Counted from the first letter of the stretch, positions 52,277 to 62,328 are shown. The stretch: DNA of 64,000 bases from Candidatus Eiseniibacteriota bacterium (GCA_041946735.1 JBHGAY010000020.1:32001-96000), one strand, 5' to 3'. A program made the numbers and translations. Notes: generated by a model from the letters alone, not told the origin.

Positions 52277-52315
52277 TCTGACGCCGGAGTCTCCCGCTCG
52301 CGTTGGAGCGCAATA

Positions 52316-52350
52316 CGGCGGCCGCTTCCCGAAATGGGAGGCGGCCGCCG
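52316..52350. terminator. Bidirectional hairpin between the convergent M6 protease and rodA genes
   Basis: CGGCGGCCGCTTCCC-GAAAT-GGGAGGCGGCCGCCG (15-bp stem with one G-T pair). Confidence 0.65.
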
Positions 52351-52382
52351 AGCCGTTCCGTCGACGGCGGCCCTTCAGTCCT

Positions 52383-53618
52383 TCAATAGTCGTAGCGGTG
52401 CGCGGAGATGTTGAGAAGCAGGCCGAGGGTCGCGTAGATGGTGAGCTGGAAGGTCCCGCCGTAGCTGATCAGCGGCAGCGGGAGCCCGGTCACCGGCAAG
52501 AGCCCCACCGTCATCGCCATGTTCACCGCGGAGTGATAGAGGATCAACGTCCCCAGGCCGACCGCCAGCAGCCCCGAGAAGGGGCTCCGGCAGTGGAGCG
52601 CCAGATAGAAGGCGCGGAAGACCAGCGCCAGGAAGAGCACGAGGACCGCAAGGCTGCCCAGGAACCCGAACTCCTCCCCCACGACGCTGAAGATGAAGTC
52701 GGTGTGCTGCTGCGGCAGGAAGGCGAGCGCCTTCTGCGATCCCTTGAGAAACCCCTTGCCCCACATGCCGCCGCTGCCGACGGCGATCTTCGACTGCAGC
52801 AGCTGGTAGCCGGCGCCGCCCGGATCCTGCCCGGGATCGAGGAACGTCGTCAGCCGCGCCTTCTGATACGGCTCGAGATGCCCCCAGGCGATCGGGCCGC
52901 CGATGAAAACCGCGAGCTGCACCAACACGAACGCGCCGATGACGAGCCAGGGCATCCGGCTCCGAACGAGCACCACGAGCGACACGACGAGAAACGCCCC
53001 CCAGGCGAGCCAGTGCTTGCCGAGGATCAGTCCCGCGAGCGGGCTGACGAGGAGGAGCAGATGCAGGCCGGGCAGCCCCGCCCACACCAGCATCGTCGCC
53101 GCGAACGCCACGAAGGCACCACTCGTTCCGAGATCCGGCTGCTTCAGGACGAGAAGCAGCGGCAGCAGGGCGAGACCGAGCACCGCGCCCAGGTTGGAAA
53201 GGCGCGCCGGGTCGTGCCGCTTCGTCGACAGGAATCGGGCGAGGACGAGGATGGTCGTCAGCTTCGCGAACTCGGAGGGCTGCATGCGCAGCGGTCCCGC
53301 TCCGAGCCACCGCCGCGCGCCGTAGACCTCGATCCCGGCGACGAGCACGCCGATCAGGAGGACGAGAGCGATCGCGTGCAGCACGTAGGCGAAGTCCTCG
53401 AGCAGGCGCAGCGGAAGGACCATGAAGACCAGCATCGCCGCGATCGCGATCGGGAACGCCAGCAGATGGCGCAGGAAGAAGCCGGCGCGGGCGCTGTCCG
53501 GAAACTCCGTCGCGCTGTAGACGACGAGCATCCCGATCAAGATCAGCCCCGCCATCGGGACGATCAGATACGGGTCGAGCCGCCGCCCGTAGATCCGCAG
53601 CGCAGCCGGGATTCTCAT
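52383..53618 (-). CDS. rodA: Rod shape-determining protein RodA
   Basis: QPSEFAK, QPDLGT, GYQ..QS.IAVGSGG, HTDFIF, LPVTGLPLPLISYGG. Confidence 0.95.
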   Translation of the reverse strand: MRIPAALRIYGRRLDPYLIVPMAGLILIGMLVVYSATEFPDSARAGFFLRHLLAFPIAIAAMLVFMVLPLRLLEDFAYVLHAIALVLLIGVLVAGIEVYGARRWLGAGPLRMQPSEFAKLTTILVLARFLSTKRHDPARLSNLGAVLGLALLPLLLVLKQPDLGTSGAFVAFAATMLVWAGLPGLHLLLLVSPLAGLILGKHWLAWGAFLVVSLVVLVRSRMPWLVIGAFVLVQLAVFIGGPIAWGHLEPYQKARLTTFLDPGQDPGGAGYQLLQSKIAVGSGGMWGKGFLKGSQKALAFLPQQHTDFIFSVVGEEFGFLGSLAVLVLFLALVFRAFYLALHCRSPFSGLLAVGLGTLILYHSAVNMAMTVGLLPVTGLPLPLISYGGTFQLTIYATLGLLLNISAHRYDY

Positions 53619-55627
53619 CGGGGTGGATTCCCCATGGCGACCGTCGCATCGCGGCCGCCCGCCGGCCGCGGCGTCGCCGGTCCCTCCGGCGGCGTGGCCG
53701 TCCCCTTCGGCGCGGCCATCGCCTTCGGCGCCGCCGCCATTCCGATCGGCGCCGTCGCCATTCCCTTCGGCGGAGGCATCAAATAGGTCTGCAACACCGG
53801 CTGCGCGGTCGGAGCGGCGATCGCCCCTCCGTGCCCGCTCTGCTCGAGCACCACGACCACCACGATCTCCGGCGCGTCCGCCGGCGCGTACCCGACGAAC
53901 AGCGCATGATCCTGTCCGTGCGGGTTCTGCGAGGTGCCGGTCTTGCCCGCGACGCGGAACGATCCCACCCGAGCCTGCTTGCCGGTCCCTCCCGGATCCA
54001 TCACGACCGCCTCGAGGGCGCGCTGGATCTCCGCGATCTCGACACCGGTCGCCGGCAGCGACGCCTCGTCCGCGGAGTCGCGGTCGAACTCCTCGACCAC
54101 CTTCCCGTTCGGATCGACGACGCGAAGGGCGGTGTGCGGCCGGACGATCGTCCCTCCGTTGGCGATCGCCGCGTAGAGCCGGGCGATCTGGATGGGGGTG
54201 AGCAGCAACTCCCCCTGGCCGATCGACAGGTTCAGGGCCGCTCCCGGTCCGGGGGGCCCGCCGCGCGCCTTCTTGAACCAGGCGAGCGTCGGAACGAGGC
54301 TCGATCGCTCCTGTGGAAGATCGACGCGGGTCGGCACCCCCACGCTGCACGCCTCCGCGTAACGGGTGAGGCGATCGACACCGAGCCGGATCCCGCACTG
54401 ATAGAAGTAGACGTCGCACGACTTGGCCATCGCCATGATGAGGCCCAGCGAGCCGTGCCCGCGCGAAAGATGGCAGCGGAAGTACCGGTTGCCGAAATAG
54501 AGGCCCCCGCCGCACGCGGAAGGCATCGGTTGACTCGGAGTGACCCCCGCCTCATGAAGGACGGCCAGCCCGGTCAGCGCCTTGAACGTGGAGCCGGGCG
54601 GGTAGGAGGCCTGGATTGGCCGATTCAGCAGAGGATAGCCGTCGCCCGAAAGGACGGCCCAATCCGCCTTCGAGATCCTCCCTATGAAGAGGTTCGGATC
54701 GAACGCCGGGCGGCTCGCCATCGCGAGCACCTCGCCGTTGCGGGCGTCGATCGCGACAACGCATCCCGGACGCGGTTCGGCCCCCTCGCCGAACTGCTTC
54801 TTCAGCCGCGACGGCACCGAGTCGAGCGCCGCCTCCGCGGCGAGCTGGACGTCGAGATCGATCGTCAGGACGACGTCGTCCCCGGGAATCGACGGCAGCG
54901 ACGGCAGCTCTTCGAACAGATTCGTGCGCCGGCCGAAGGCGTCGACCTCGACGTACTCGATCCCGTCACGCCCGCGCAGCCACCGCTCGTACGACCGCTC
55001 GACGCCCGAGCGGCCGATCAGGTCGCCGCGCTGGTATGGCGGATCGCCCGATCCGTCGGGACTCTTCTCGAGATCCGACTCCGACACCTCGCCGACGTAG
55101 CCGATCAGGTGCGCCGCCAGCGATCCATACGGATAGCGGCGGGCCGGCTCGGGACGGATTTCGACGCCGGGCAGATGCTCCATCCTCTCCTCGAGCGCCG
55201 AGAGCGTCTCGAACGAGAGGGAGCGCGCGATGGTGATCGGCGGCGAGCCGGCGCGCCGCGCCGCCTCGACCTCCTCCGCCAGGTCGTCCGGATCCTGCCC
55301 GAGGACGGTGGCCAGCTCCCGCGCCACGAGGTCGAGAGAGGCGCGGTTTTCCCGGAACGCGCGATCCCGCGGATCGAACGAGAGATGGAACGAAGGGGCG
55401 TTGTCGGCGAGCACGCGGCCGTAGCGGTCGAGCAGCCGCCCGCGGTGCGCCTTCATCAGCTCCGGGCGGATCCGGTTCTCCTCCGCCTGTCGCATGTAGC
55501 GCTGGGAGCGGATCACCTGCATGTCGACGAGCCGCACGAGAACCGCCGCAAAGCAGAGGACGGCGAACAGGACGAGCCAGCGGAAGCGCGCCTGCAGGCG
55601 GTCGAAGGTGAATCTACGCTCGGCCAC
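53615..55627 (-). CDS. mrdA: Penicillin-binding protein 2
   Basis: RG.LLDR.G dimerisation domain; STFK, SCD and KTGT active-site motifs. Confidence 0.95.
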   Translation of the reverse strand: MAERRFTFDRLQARFRWLVLFAVLCFAAVLVRLVDMQVIRSQRYMRQAEENRIRPELMKAHRGRLLDRYGRVLADNAPSFHLSFDPRDRAFRENRASLDLVARELATVLGQDPDDLAEEVEAARRAGSPPITIARSLSFETLSALEERMEHLPGVEIRPEPARRYPYGSLAAHLIGYVGEVSESDLEKSPDGSGDPPYQRGDLIGRSGVERSYERWLRGRDGIEYVEVDAFGRRTNLFEELPSLPSIPGDDVVLTIDLDVQLAAEAALDSVPSRLKKQFGEGAEPRPGCVVAIDARNGEVLAMASRPAFDPNLFIGRISKADWAVLSGDGYPLLNRPIQASYPPGSTFKALTGLAVLHEAGVTPSQPMPSACGGGLYFGNRYFRCHLSRGHGSLGLIMAMAKSCDVYFYQCGIRLGVDRLTRYAEACSVGVPTRVDLPQERSSLVPTLAWFKKARGGPPGPGAALNLSIGQGELLLTPIQIARLYAAIANGGTIVRPHTALRVVDPNGKVVEEFDRDSADEASLPATGVEIAEIQRALEAVVMDPGGTGKQARVGSFRVAGKTGTSQNPHGQDHALFVGYAPADAPEIVVVVVLEQSGHGGAIAAPTAQPVLQTYLMPPPKGMATAPIGMAAAPKAMAAPKGTATPPEGPATPRPAGGRDATVAMGNPPR

Positions 55628-56114
55628 GCAGCCACCTCGCTTGGCCGAGGATCGATTGCGCGGCCCAGACGATCAGCGGCACGGCGATGCCGGTGTAGAG
55701 CGCCGTGGGCGCCCCCCAGCGCAACCAGAGGAGCACGAACTTCCCCGGATCGAAGGCGGAGAGCGCAAGCGCGCGGATCGTCTCGGCGAGGAGGGCGAGC
55801 AGCGTCAGGAGGGCCCCCGAGACGATCGGATCGGAGGCGTCGACCGCCGCGGAGATGCGCGCCGTCACGTATCCCATCGTGCACCACGCCAGGCTCGAGA
55901 GTCCGACCCCTTCGGGACGGTCCACGTCGATCAGCAGTCCGAGCACGAAGCCCCCGAGGATTCCGTAGGCGCTCCCGCGAGCGAGGGCGAGGTAGAAGAC
56001 GAGGGCGGCCGCGAGATCCGGCTGCACGCCGGCGATCGCCAGCCGCGCCCCGAGCGTCAGTCGGAAGGCGAGGACCACCCAGACGGTCACGATGAGCCTC
56101 AGCCAGAACCGCAT
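55614..56114 (-). CDS. mreD: Rod shape-determining protein MreD
   Basis: QPDL, GFVLGLLID; small multi-TM protein; gene context. Confidence 0.85.
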   Translation of the reverse strand: MRFWLRLIVTVWVVLAFRLTLGARLAIAGVQPDLAAALVFYLALARGSAYGILGGFVLGLLIDVDRPEGVGLSSLAWCTMGYVTARISAAVDASDPIVSGALLTLLALLAETIRALALSAFDPGKFVLLWLRWGAPTALYTGIAVPLIVWAAQSILGQARWLRGRA

Positions 56115-56232
56115 CGTCTCCTCGTCCCCTTCGCCCCGTCTCTCCTCGGTTGCGGAGACGCCTTCGCCTTCTCCGTCTCCCCCATCCCCTTCTCATCGGC
56201 GGCCCGGGCGCGACGCTCGCGTCCCCGTTCCC

Positions 56233-57111
56233 TCATGGGCCCGGCCCGACCGCTCCCGGCATCGGCGGTGGGCCCGGCGGAACGCGCGAGGGCTCGGGGT
56301 AGAGCCCCGAGGCATCCCCTTCCGGCGGCCTCTCCTCGACCAGGAAGACCTGGTAGGCCCGGCCGCGCCGGACGGCGCCCTGCACCCGCACGCGCTTCAG
56401 CTGCGTCCGCCGGTCCTCTTCGGCCCCCACGACGTGTCCGACAAGGATCCCGCGCGGGAACACCTCTCCGAGCCCCGACGTCACGATCGGATCCCCCTTC
56501 CGGAAGTCCGACTGCAGCGGCACCGGCTCGATCGCCAGCTCCCCCGGATGCTCCGGATTCCAGCGGAGGATCCCCTGCTCCCCGCTCCTCCGGTTCATCA
56601 CGCTCACGGCGACGCGGCTGTGCCAGACCGTTTCGGCGAGCGCGCGCGCTCCGCCCGACCGCGCGACCCTTCCCAGCAGCCCGTCGGGCGTCACCACCGC
56701 CGTCCCCGTCTGCGCCGAGCCGGCGACCTCGAGCCAGAGAACCTCCCCCGTCCAGTCGAGCGATCGCCCGACGACGCGGGCAGGCAGGAGCGCCAGATCG
56801 GTGCGCGCGCGCATCCCGAGCATGCGACGCAGCGTCTCGTTCTCCCGTCCCTTCTCGGCCAACTGCGCCACCTCGAGCCGCTCGGCCGTCAGGTCGCGGG
56901 ACAGCTTGCGGTTCTGCATCTGCACGAGCAGGCTCCGTCCTTCCCAGCCGAGAACCGAGCGGACCGGGAAGAAGAACGACCATTCCAGGCCGGTCGCGAT
57001 GCCACGGCGGACCGAGACGGGGCTGGCCAGCAGGAGGATCGAGATGCCGGCACAGGCGATCCAAAGCAGGAAGCTGCGGCGGGAGGCGCGCAGTGCGCCG
57101 CGCGAGGCCAT
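56233..57111 (-). CDS. mreC: Rod shape-determining protein MreC
   Basis: TM plus coiled coil (ENETLRRML); GLLGRV; GD.IVTSGLGEVFPRGI.VG. Confidence 0.9.
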   Translation of the reverse strand: MASRGALRASRRSFLLWIACAGISILLLASPVSVRRGIATGLEWSFFFPVRSVLGWEGRSLLVQMQNRKLSRDLTAERLEVAQLAEKGRENETLRRMLGMRARTDLALLPARVVGRSLDWTGEVLWLEVAGSAQTGTAVVTPDGLLGRVARSGGARALAETVWHSRVAVSVMNRRSGEQGILRWNPEHPGELAIEPVPLQSDFRKGDPIVTSGLGEVFPRGILVGHVVGAEEDRRTQLKRVRVQGAVRRGRAYQVFLVEERPPEGDASGLYPEPSRVPPGPPPMPGAVGPGP

Positions 57112-57119
57112 CGGGCGGC

Positions 57120-58151
57120 TCAGGTGCTCCGCATCAGGACCTTCTCGTACTGCACGAGATCGTCGAGGATCTTCCCGGCCCCGAGGACGACGGCCGACAG
57201 GGCGCCGTCGGCGACGCGGATCGGCAGATGCGTCGTCTCGCGCAGGAGCTGGTCCATCCCGCGCAGCAGGGCTCCTCCCCCTGTCATCACGATCCCTCGA
57301 TCGACGATGTCGCTCGCCAGCTCGGGCGGCGTCTTCTCCAGCGACTGCTTCAACGCCTCCACGATCGCGCCGATCGGCTCTTGCAGCGCGTCGCGCACCT
57401 CGACCGACGTGATCCGGATCGTCTTCGGAATCCCACCGATCAGATCGCGACCCTTCACCTCCATCTCCAGCTCATCCTCGAGCGGGAACGCGCTTCCGGT
57501 CTGGATCTTGATCAGCTCCGCCGTCTGGTCTCCGATCAGCAGATTGAACGCCCTCTTGACGTACTGCATGATCGCCTCGTCCATCTTGTCGCCACCGATG
57601 CGGATGGACGTGTCGTTGACGATCCCGTTCAGGGTCATCACGGCGATCTCGGTCGTTCCCCCCCCGATGTCGATCACCATGTTCCCCATCGGCCGCTCGA
57701 CCGGCAGCCCTACGCCGATCGCCGCGGCGATCGGCTCGGCCACGAGGAAGGTGTCGCGCGCGCCGGCATGCTCGACGGAGTCGCGGACCGCGCGCTTCTC
57801 CACCTCGGTGATCCCGGAGGGGACGCAGACGATCACGCGCGGCTTGACGAGGAAGCGGCGGCTCTGGACCTTCACGATCAGCTTGCGGAGGAGATCCTCG
57901 GTCTTCTCGAAGTCCGCGATCACTCCGTCCTTCATCGGACGGACCGCGTCGATGCCCATCGGCGTGCGCCCGAGCATCGCCTTCGCTTCGGAACCGACCG
58001 CGAGGACCTTGTTCGTGAGCTTGTCGACCGCGACGACGGAGGGTTCGTTGAGGACGATGCCACGGCCCTTGACGTAGATCAGCGTATTCGCCGTTCCGAG
58101 ATCGATGGCGATGTCGTTCGACATCAGACCCATGAGCCGACCAAACGCCAT
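57120..58151 (-). CDS. mreB: Rod shape-determining protein MreB
   Basis: IDLGTANT, EPSVVA, DIGGGTTE, TGGGALL. Confidence 0.97.
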   Translation of the reverse strand: MAFGRLMGLMSNDIAIDLGTANTLIYVKGRGIVLNEPSVVAVDKLTNKVLAVGSEAKAMLGRTPMGIDAVRPMKDGVIADFEKTEDLLRKLIVKVQSRRFLVKPRVIVCVPSGITEVEKRAVRDSVEHAGARDTFLVAEPIAAAIGVGLPVERPMGNMVIDIGGGTTEIAVMTLNGIVNDTSIRIGGDKMDEAIMQYVKRAFNLLIGDQTAELIKIQTGSAFPLEDELEMEVKGRDLIGGIPKTIRITSVEVRDALQEPIGAIVEALKQSLEKTPPELASDIVDRGIVMTGGGALLRGMDQLLRETTHLPIRVADGALSAVVLGAGKILDDLVQYEKVLMRST

Positions 58152-58192
58152 CGCTGCGTCCTCCCGCGCCCGTGCCCGTCCATTCCTGCGGG

Positions 58193-58221
58193 ACGCTAGC
58201 AAAGGGATCGAGCCTCCGCAA
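58193..58221 (-). promoter_or_regulatory. Putative sigma70 promoter of the mre operon
   Basis: Minus strand TTGCGG-N17-TAGCGT with extended TG. Confidence 0.5.
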
Positions 58222-58278
58222 GGATTCGCCTCTCCGCCGCGCGCCGATCCTCGTGGACGATGCCGCCCGGCCGCTCGA

Positions 58279-58308
58279 TTGACGCCCCGATCGGGCGGGC
58301 GGTACGCT
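58279..58308 (+). promoter_or_regulatory. Putative sigma70 promoter, divergent from mreB
   Basis: TTGACG-N18-TACGCT. Confidence 0.5.
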
Positions 58309-58382
58309 GCGAAAGGGTTGCCGGGATCGATCGACGAGAAGAGAGGAAGGGGAACCGGAGGATGCGGGGACGCCCGCGCAAC

Positions 58383-59018
58383 GTGAGACGCTCGTTCCCT
58401 GCCACCGTCCGGCTGGCCCCGCGCCGGGCCGGCTTTCTCCTCCGCCGCCGCGCGCTGGCGATCCCTCTCGCCGTCGCCCTCGCCGTCACCGCGCCCGCCG
58501 CCGTCGCCGCCACGAGTGCTGCCGCGCCCGATCGGCCCGGCTCGGTGGCCCCCTCCCCCGCCACGCATTCCCTCCCGGATGGCCAACATCTCTCCGGGCG
58601 CGTGGTCGATGGCTCGGGCCGCCCGCTCGCCGGAACGCAGGCGCGTCTCTTCGTGGGAGGTCTGCCGGTGTCGGCCGCCGTCTCGGACACGACCGGCTCC
58701 TTCCGGCTCGATTTCGCCCTCTCCTACGGAAAGGACGAGACCGCCGTGGTCTTCTGGATGCCGGCGCACGCCGACCTCGTCCCGGAGATCGCCCTGCTGC
58801 GGGAGTCGAGCGCCGACCTGGCTGCCGGGATCTGGAGTCCCTGCGTCCCGCGCCTCGGGGGCGGAACGACGGAAGGCCTGACGGTCCGCATCCTCGACCG
58901 ACTCGCCTTCCGGCGCTGGATCGCGGAACGGGGATGCACGAGTCCGGGCGCTCCGCGCGTGTCGGGCTTTCCGGCGAATTCCGGCGCCGAGGAGCCGGCA
59001 AAAGGAACCGAACCATGA
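58383..59018 (+). CDS. Exported protein with carboxypeptidase-regulatory-like domain
   Basis: Signal peptide; LSGRVVDGSGRPLAG...SDTTGSFRL; stop overlaps the next ATG; start approximate. Confidence 0.7.
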   Translation: MRRSFPATVRLAPRRAGFLLRRRALAIPLAVALAVTAPAAVAATSAAAPDRPGSVAPSPATHSLPDGQHLSGRVVDGSGRPLAGTQARLFVGGLPVSAAVSDTTGSFRLDFALSYGKDETAVVFWMPAHADLVPEIALLRESSADLAAGIWSPCVPRLGGGTTEGLTVRILDRLAFRRWIAERGCTSPGAPRVSGFPANSGAEEPAKGTEP

Positions 59019-60589
59019 CGCTCTTCCGCCGCTCCACGACCCGGCTCCTGCTTCCGCTCACCGCCGCCATCGCCGCAGCCGCCACGGGCATGCTGTCGTG
59101 CGGGGACGATGGGGGCCCGGTGGGGCCCGCCGCGGAGACGCCTCGCCCGCCGTCGCACGTGCAAGTCGTCTCGACGTCCCCCGGCGAAATCGTCCTGGCC
59201 TGGCGGGACAACACGATCGACGAGACCGGATTCCGGATCGAGCGGGCCGCTGGCGAAGAAACCGGGTTCGCCGTGCTCGACACCGTGCCGCGCAACACCA
59301 CGGTCTACCACGATCTGTCGGTGGCCAGCGGAGAGAGCTACTCCTACCGGGTCCGCGCCTACGTCCATTCTCTCGAGAGCGACCCGGACGGGACGGTGCG
59401 CGGAATCGCGGCGGCCGACCAGCCGCCGATCGCGCCCTCGAACCCCTACCCCGGCGTCGACGCCTTCGACGTCGGCGAAGGCGGGCTCACCCTCTCCTGG
59501 GACGGCGGGGATCCAGACACCGAGGACTCCTTGACGTACGACGTCGCTTTCGGGCGGGCGCCCAACCAGATGGCGAGCATCGCCTCGGGCGTCACCGAGG
59601 AGACCGCCGCCGTCCCGGCGCCCGTCATGCCCAACGCCCACTACTACTGGCAGGTGGTGGCGCGCGACAGCAAGGGGGCGATGCGCTACGGGCCGGTCTG
59701 GAGCTTCCGGACGCGTGTCGACCGCGTGTCGATCGAAGGGGGATGGCTCGTGATGGGCGACGACCTCGAGTTCGTCCACCCGGGCAACCCGGTCTCCGTC
59801 CAAGCGTTCGAGATCGACCGCTACGAAGTGACCGCCCAGCAGTATGCGGACTTCCTCAACCGAGCGCTGCGCGCCGGCCCTCCGCAGGTCTCGCTGCGGG
59901 GCGGGCGAGTCCTCGACGCCAGCGGGCAGGTCCTCCTCGCCGAGACTCAGGAGCGCGACTCCGACAGCCAGATCGCCTACGACCCGATCGACTCGCTCTT
60001 CGTCGCCCTGCCCGGCCGCGAGTCGTTCCCGGTGACCGAAGTCACCTGGTACGGCGCGAAGGAGTACGCCCGCTCACTGGGCCGCCGCCTTCCGACCGAG
60101 GCGGAGTGGGAGTTTGCCGCGAAGGGGAACGGGACCGAGGAAGGGGAGCGCGTCTTCGAGGTGCGTCTCCCGGACGACGAGGTCGCCGTCGTGCACGTAG
60201 GGGTCGGCCGGACCTACCCGTGGGGGGAGGAAGCGGACGCGCGGCGCGCGAACTACCAGGGAAGCGGCGACCCGTTCGAAGGGCAGAAGCGCGTGGAGAC
60301 GACCCCGATCGGCTTCTTCGACGGGCGCTCGCATGGAGGGTTCGCGACCGAGGACGGATCGAGCCCCTTCGGCGTCCACGACATGGGAGGCAACGTCTGG
60401 GAGTGGACGGAGGACTGGGTCGGTCCGTACACCTCGCCCCACGATCCTCCCGAAGGGGGCGCGCTCAAGGCGATCCGCGGAGGGGCGTGGAACCGGGGCG
60501 TCGCCTCGATGCAGACCTCGCGTCGCGCCGGGGCCGACCCCACGACGGCCGACCAGGCGATCGGCTTCCGGACCGCCGCCTCCCGCTAA
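59015..60589 (+). CDS. Lipoprotein with fibronectin type III domains and FGE-sulfatase (SUMF1/EgtB/PvdO) domain
   Basis: Lipobox MLSC; FN3 (LAWRDN..DETGFRIER, YSYRVRAY); YEVT, RLPTEAEWEFAA, DMGGNVWEW, RGGAW, IGFR. Confidence 0.88.
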   Translation: MTLFRRSTTRLLLPLTAAIAAAATGMLSCGDDGGPVGPAAETPRPPSHVQVVSTSPGEIVLAWRDNTIDETGFRIERAAGEETGFAVLDTVPRNTTVYHDLSVASGESYSYRVRAYVHSLESDPDGTVRGIAAADQPPIAPSNPYPGVDAFDVGEGGLTLSWDGGDPDTEDSLTYDVAFGRAPNQMASIASGVTEETAAVPAPVMPNAHYYWQVVARDSKGAMRYGPVWSFRTRVDRVSIEGGWLVMGDDLEFVHPGNPVSVQAFEIDRYEVTAQQYADFLNRALRAGPPQVSLRGGRVLDASGQVLLAETQERDSDSQIAYDPIDSLFVALPGRESFPVTEVTWYGAKEYARSLGRRLPTEAEWEFAAKGNGTEEGERVFEVRLPDDEVAVVHVGVGRTYPWGEEADARRANYQGSGDPFEGQKRVETTPIGFFDGRSHGGFATEDGSSPFGVHDMGGNVWEWTEDWVGPYTSPHDPPEGGALKAIRGGAWNRGVASMQTSRRAGADPTTADQAIGFRTAASR

Positions 60590-60641
60590 GAGCCTCTCCG
60601 CGAGGAAGCCCTCCTGGGGCTTGCGCTCAGCTCAGCTCGCC

Positions 60642-61253
60642 TCAGCTCGCCTCGCTCGCCGGTCCGGCGTCCTCCGGATCGGGCGGGATCTGGCTCCCGC
60701 GCGCCGGCTGGATCATCCGCGCGCGATCGAGCGCCTGCGCGAAAGCCGCCTCGAGACCCGCCGGAATCCTTCCGCGCAGCGCCTCGAACATCTCCGTGAA
60801 GTGACGGACGGTCGGTCCTGGGCCGCGCCGGAACGCCTTCCAGACGTCCGCGCCGACGCGCTCGTACGCGTCGACCAGCGTGGCGAGGTTGTGCGTCTTG
60901 TCGGCGGCGGCGACCAGGCAGGCTTCCGGAGAAGCGGTGCGGATTCGCTCCACCATCCGGCGCTTGCGCTCCTCCCACCGGAGCGACTTGTCTTCCGACA
61001 CCTCCTCCACGATTCCGGTGATGCGCGCGCCGAAGCCTTCTTCCAGGTCCTCGCGCGTCACCCCGGTGTCCTCGAGCAGGTCGTGCAGGAGCGCGGCGAT
61101 CACCGCATCCTCGCTCCCGCCGTTCGCCTGCACCATCAGGGCAACGTGGATCGGATGTGTCGCGTAGGGAACGTCGGGATCCGCCTTGCGCGACTGGCCG
61201 GCGTGCGCGCGCATCGCGAGCTGGATCGCCTTCTCGAGCCGCTCGGAGTACAT
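60642..61253 (-). CDS. Stand-alone HD-domain (p)ppGpp hydrolase (small alarmone hydrolase, Mesh1-like)
   Basis: AH.GQ.RK..PY..HP, ALLHDLLEDT, ADKTHN. Confidence 0.85.
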   Translation of the reverse strand: MYSERLEKAIQLAMRAHAGQSRKADPDVPYATHPIHVALMVQANGGSEDAVIAALLHDLLEDTGVTREDLEEGFGARITGIVEEVSEDKSLRWEERKRRMVERIRTASPEACLVAAADKTHNLATLVDAYERVGADVWKAFRRGPGPTVRHFTEMFEALRGRIPAGLEAAFAQALDRARMIQPARGSQIPPDPEDAGPASEAS

Positions 61254-61407
61254 CGTGGCCACCTCCCGGAGCGCGCGCGCTCCTTCCTTCCCCCGGATCG
61301 TAGCCGGTTTCCGGAGCGACGGAGGCCGCCCGAGATCCAACCCGCGCGGCCTCCGCCGATCGATCGCTCGTGGTCGACCGGTCGATTCGCGGTTCTCTAG
61401 CGGTCCT

Positions 61408-61983
61408 CTAGTAGTTCTCGCTGGCCAGCTCGAAGTGCTCCTGAGGATGCAGGCAAGCGGGGCAGCGTCCCGGAGCGTCCGGCCCCTCGTGCACGTAGCC
61501 GCAATTGCGGCAACGCCACCGCACCTTCCCTTCGCGATGGAAGACCTGCTTCGACTCGACGTTCTCCCGGAGCTTGCGGAAGCGCGTCTCGTGCTCCTTC
61601 TCCGCCTTCGCGATCATCAGGAAGGCGCTCGCGATCTCGCCGAAACCCTCCTCTTTCGCGATCCCCGCGAAATGCGGATAGAGCGTCGACCACTCCTCGT
61701 TCTCGCCCTCCGCCGCCGCCAGGAGATTTTCGGAAGTCGTCCCGGTCTTGCCCGCCGGGTAGGTAGCGGTGATCTCCGCCATCCCTCCCTCGAGGAAGGA
61801 GAAGAATCGCTTCGCGTGCTCGCGCTCGTTGTCCGCCGTATCGAGGAACAGAGCCTCGATCTGCCGGAACCCCTCCTTGCGCGCGACGCCCGCCGCGTAG
61901 GTGTAACGGTTGCGGGCTTGCGACTCGCCCGCGAAAGCCGCGAGCAGGTTCTTCTCGGTGCGCGTTCCCCGAATACTCGGCAT
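61408..61983 (-). CDS. rbr: Rubrerythrin
   Basis: NLLAAFAGESQARNRY, EREH, EKEH, C-terminal CRNC...CPAC. Confidence 0.96.
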   Translation of the reverse strand: MPSIRGTRTEKNLLAAFAGESQARNRYTYAAGVARKEGFRQIEALFLDTADNEREHAKRFFSFLEGGMAEITATYPAGKTGTTSENLLAAAEGENEEWSTLYPHFAGIAKEEGFGEIASAFLMIAKAEKEHETRFRKLRENVESKQVFHREGKVRWRCRNCGYVHEGPDAPGRCPACLHPQEHFELASENY

Positions 61984-62328
61984 CGTCCCCTCCCTTCCCA
62001 TTGGACCATCCCCGTTGCCCGGCCCGATCGCGCCCGCGCGGACCGTCGCGGCCAGCCGGATTCTAGCGCTTTCCTCGGAATCCGGGGAGTCATCCGAAAA
62101 ACTGCCCGCGCGGTCCCGCGCGTGCCGTCCGGCGGCAGCCGCAAGCCCGCGGCCGCTGTCGCTCGCCAGCATGCCGCACCCCTCGCCGGTCGCGCCGGAC
62201 TGTATAGTGGAGGAGACGCGAAGGCAGAAGCGGAATGTGAACGGCCCGTGGAGCGAAGAGGCCCTCGCGATCCGCCGGCAGGCGCCGGCGAGACCTGTCC
62301 ACGCTTCCCGCGGGCCTGCTGGAGGCGC

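Noticed and set aside
56099..56236. 45-codon ORF between mreC and mreD starting at an ATGA overlap
   Set aside because: Low-complexity, Arg/Gly-rich and without motifs. mreD has its own GAGGAG RBS and mreC looks complete, so neither a gene nor a frameshift is supported.
59015..60589. FGE-fold protein as a diversity-generating retroelement target
   Set aside because: No reverse transcriptase, template repeat or duplicated 3' region is present in the window.
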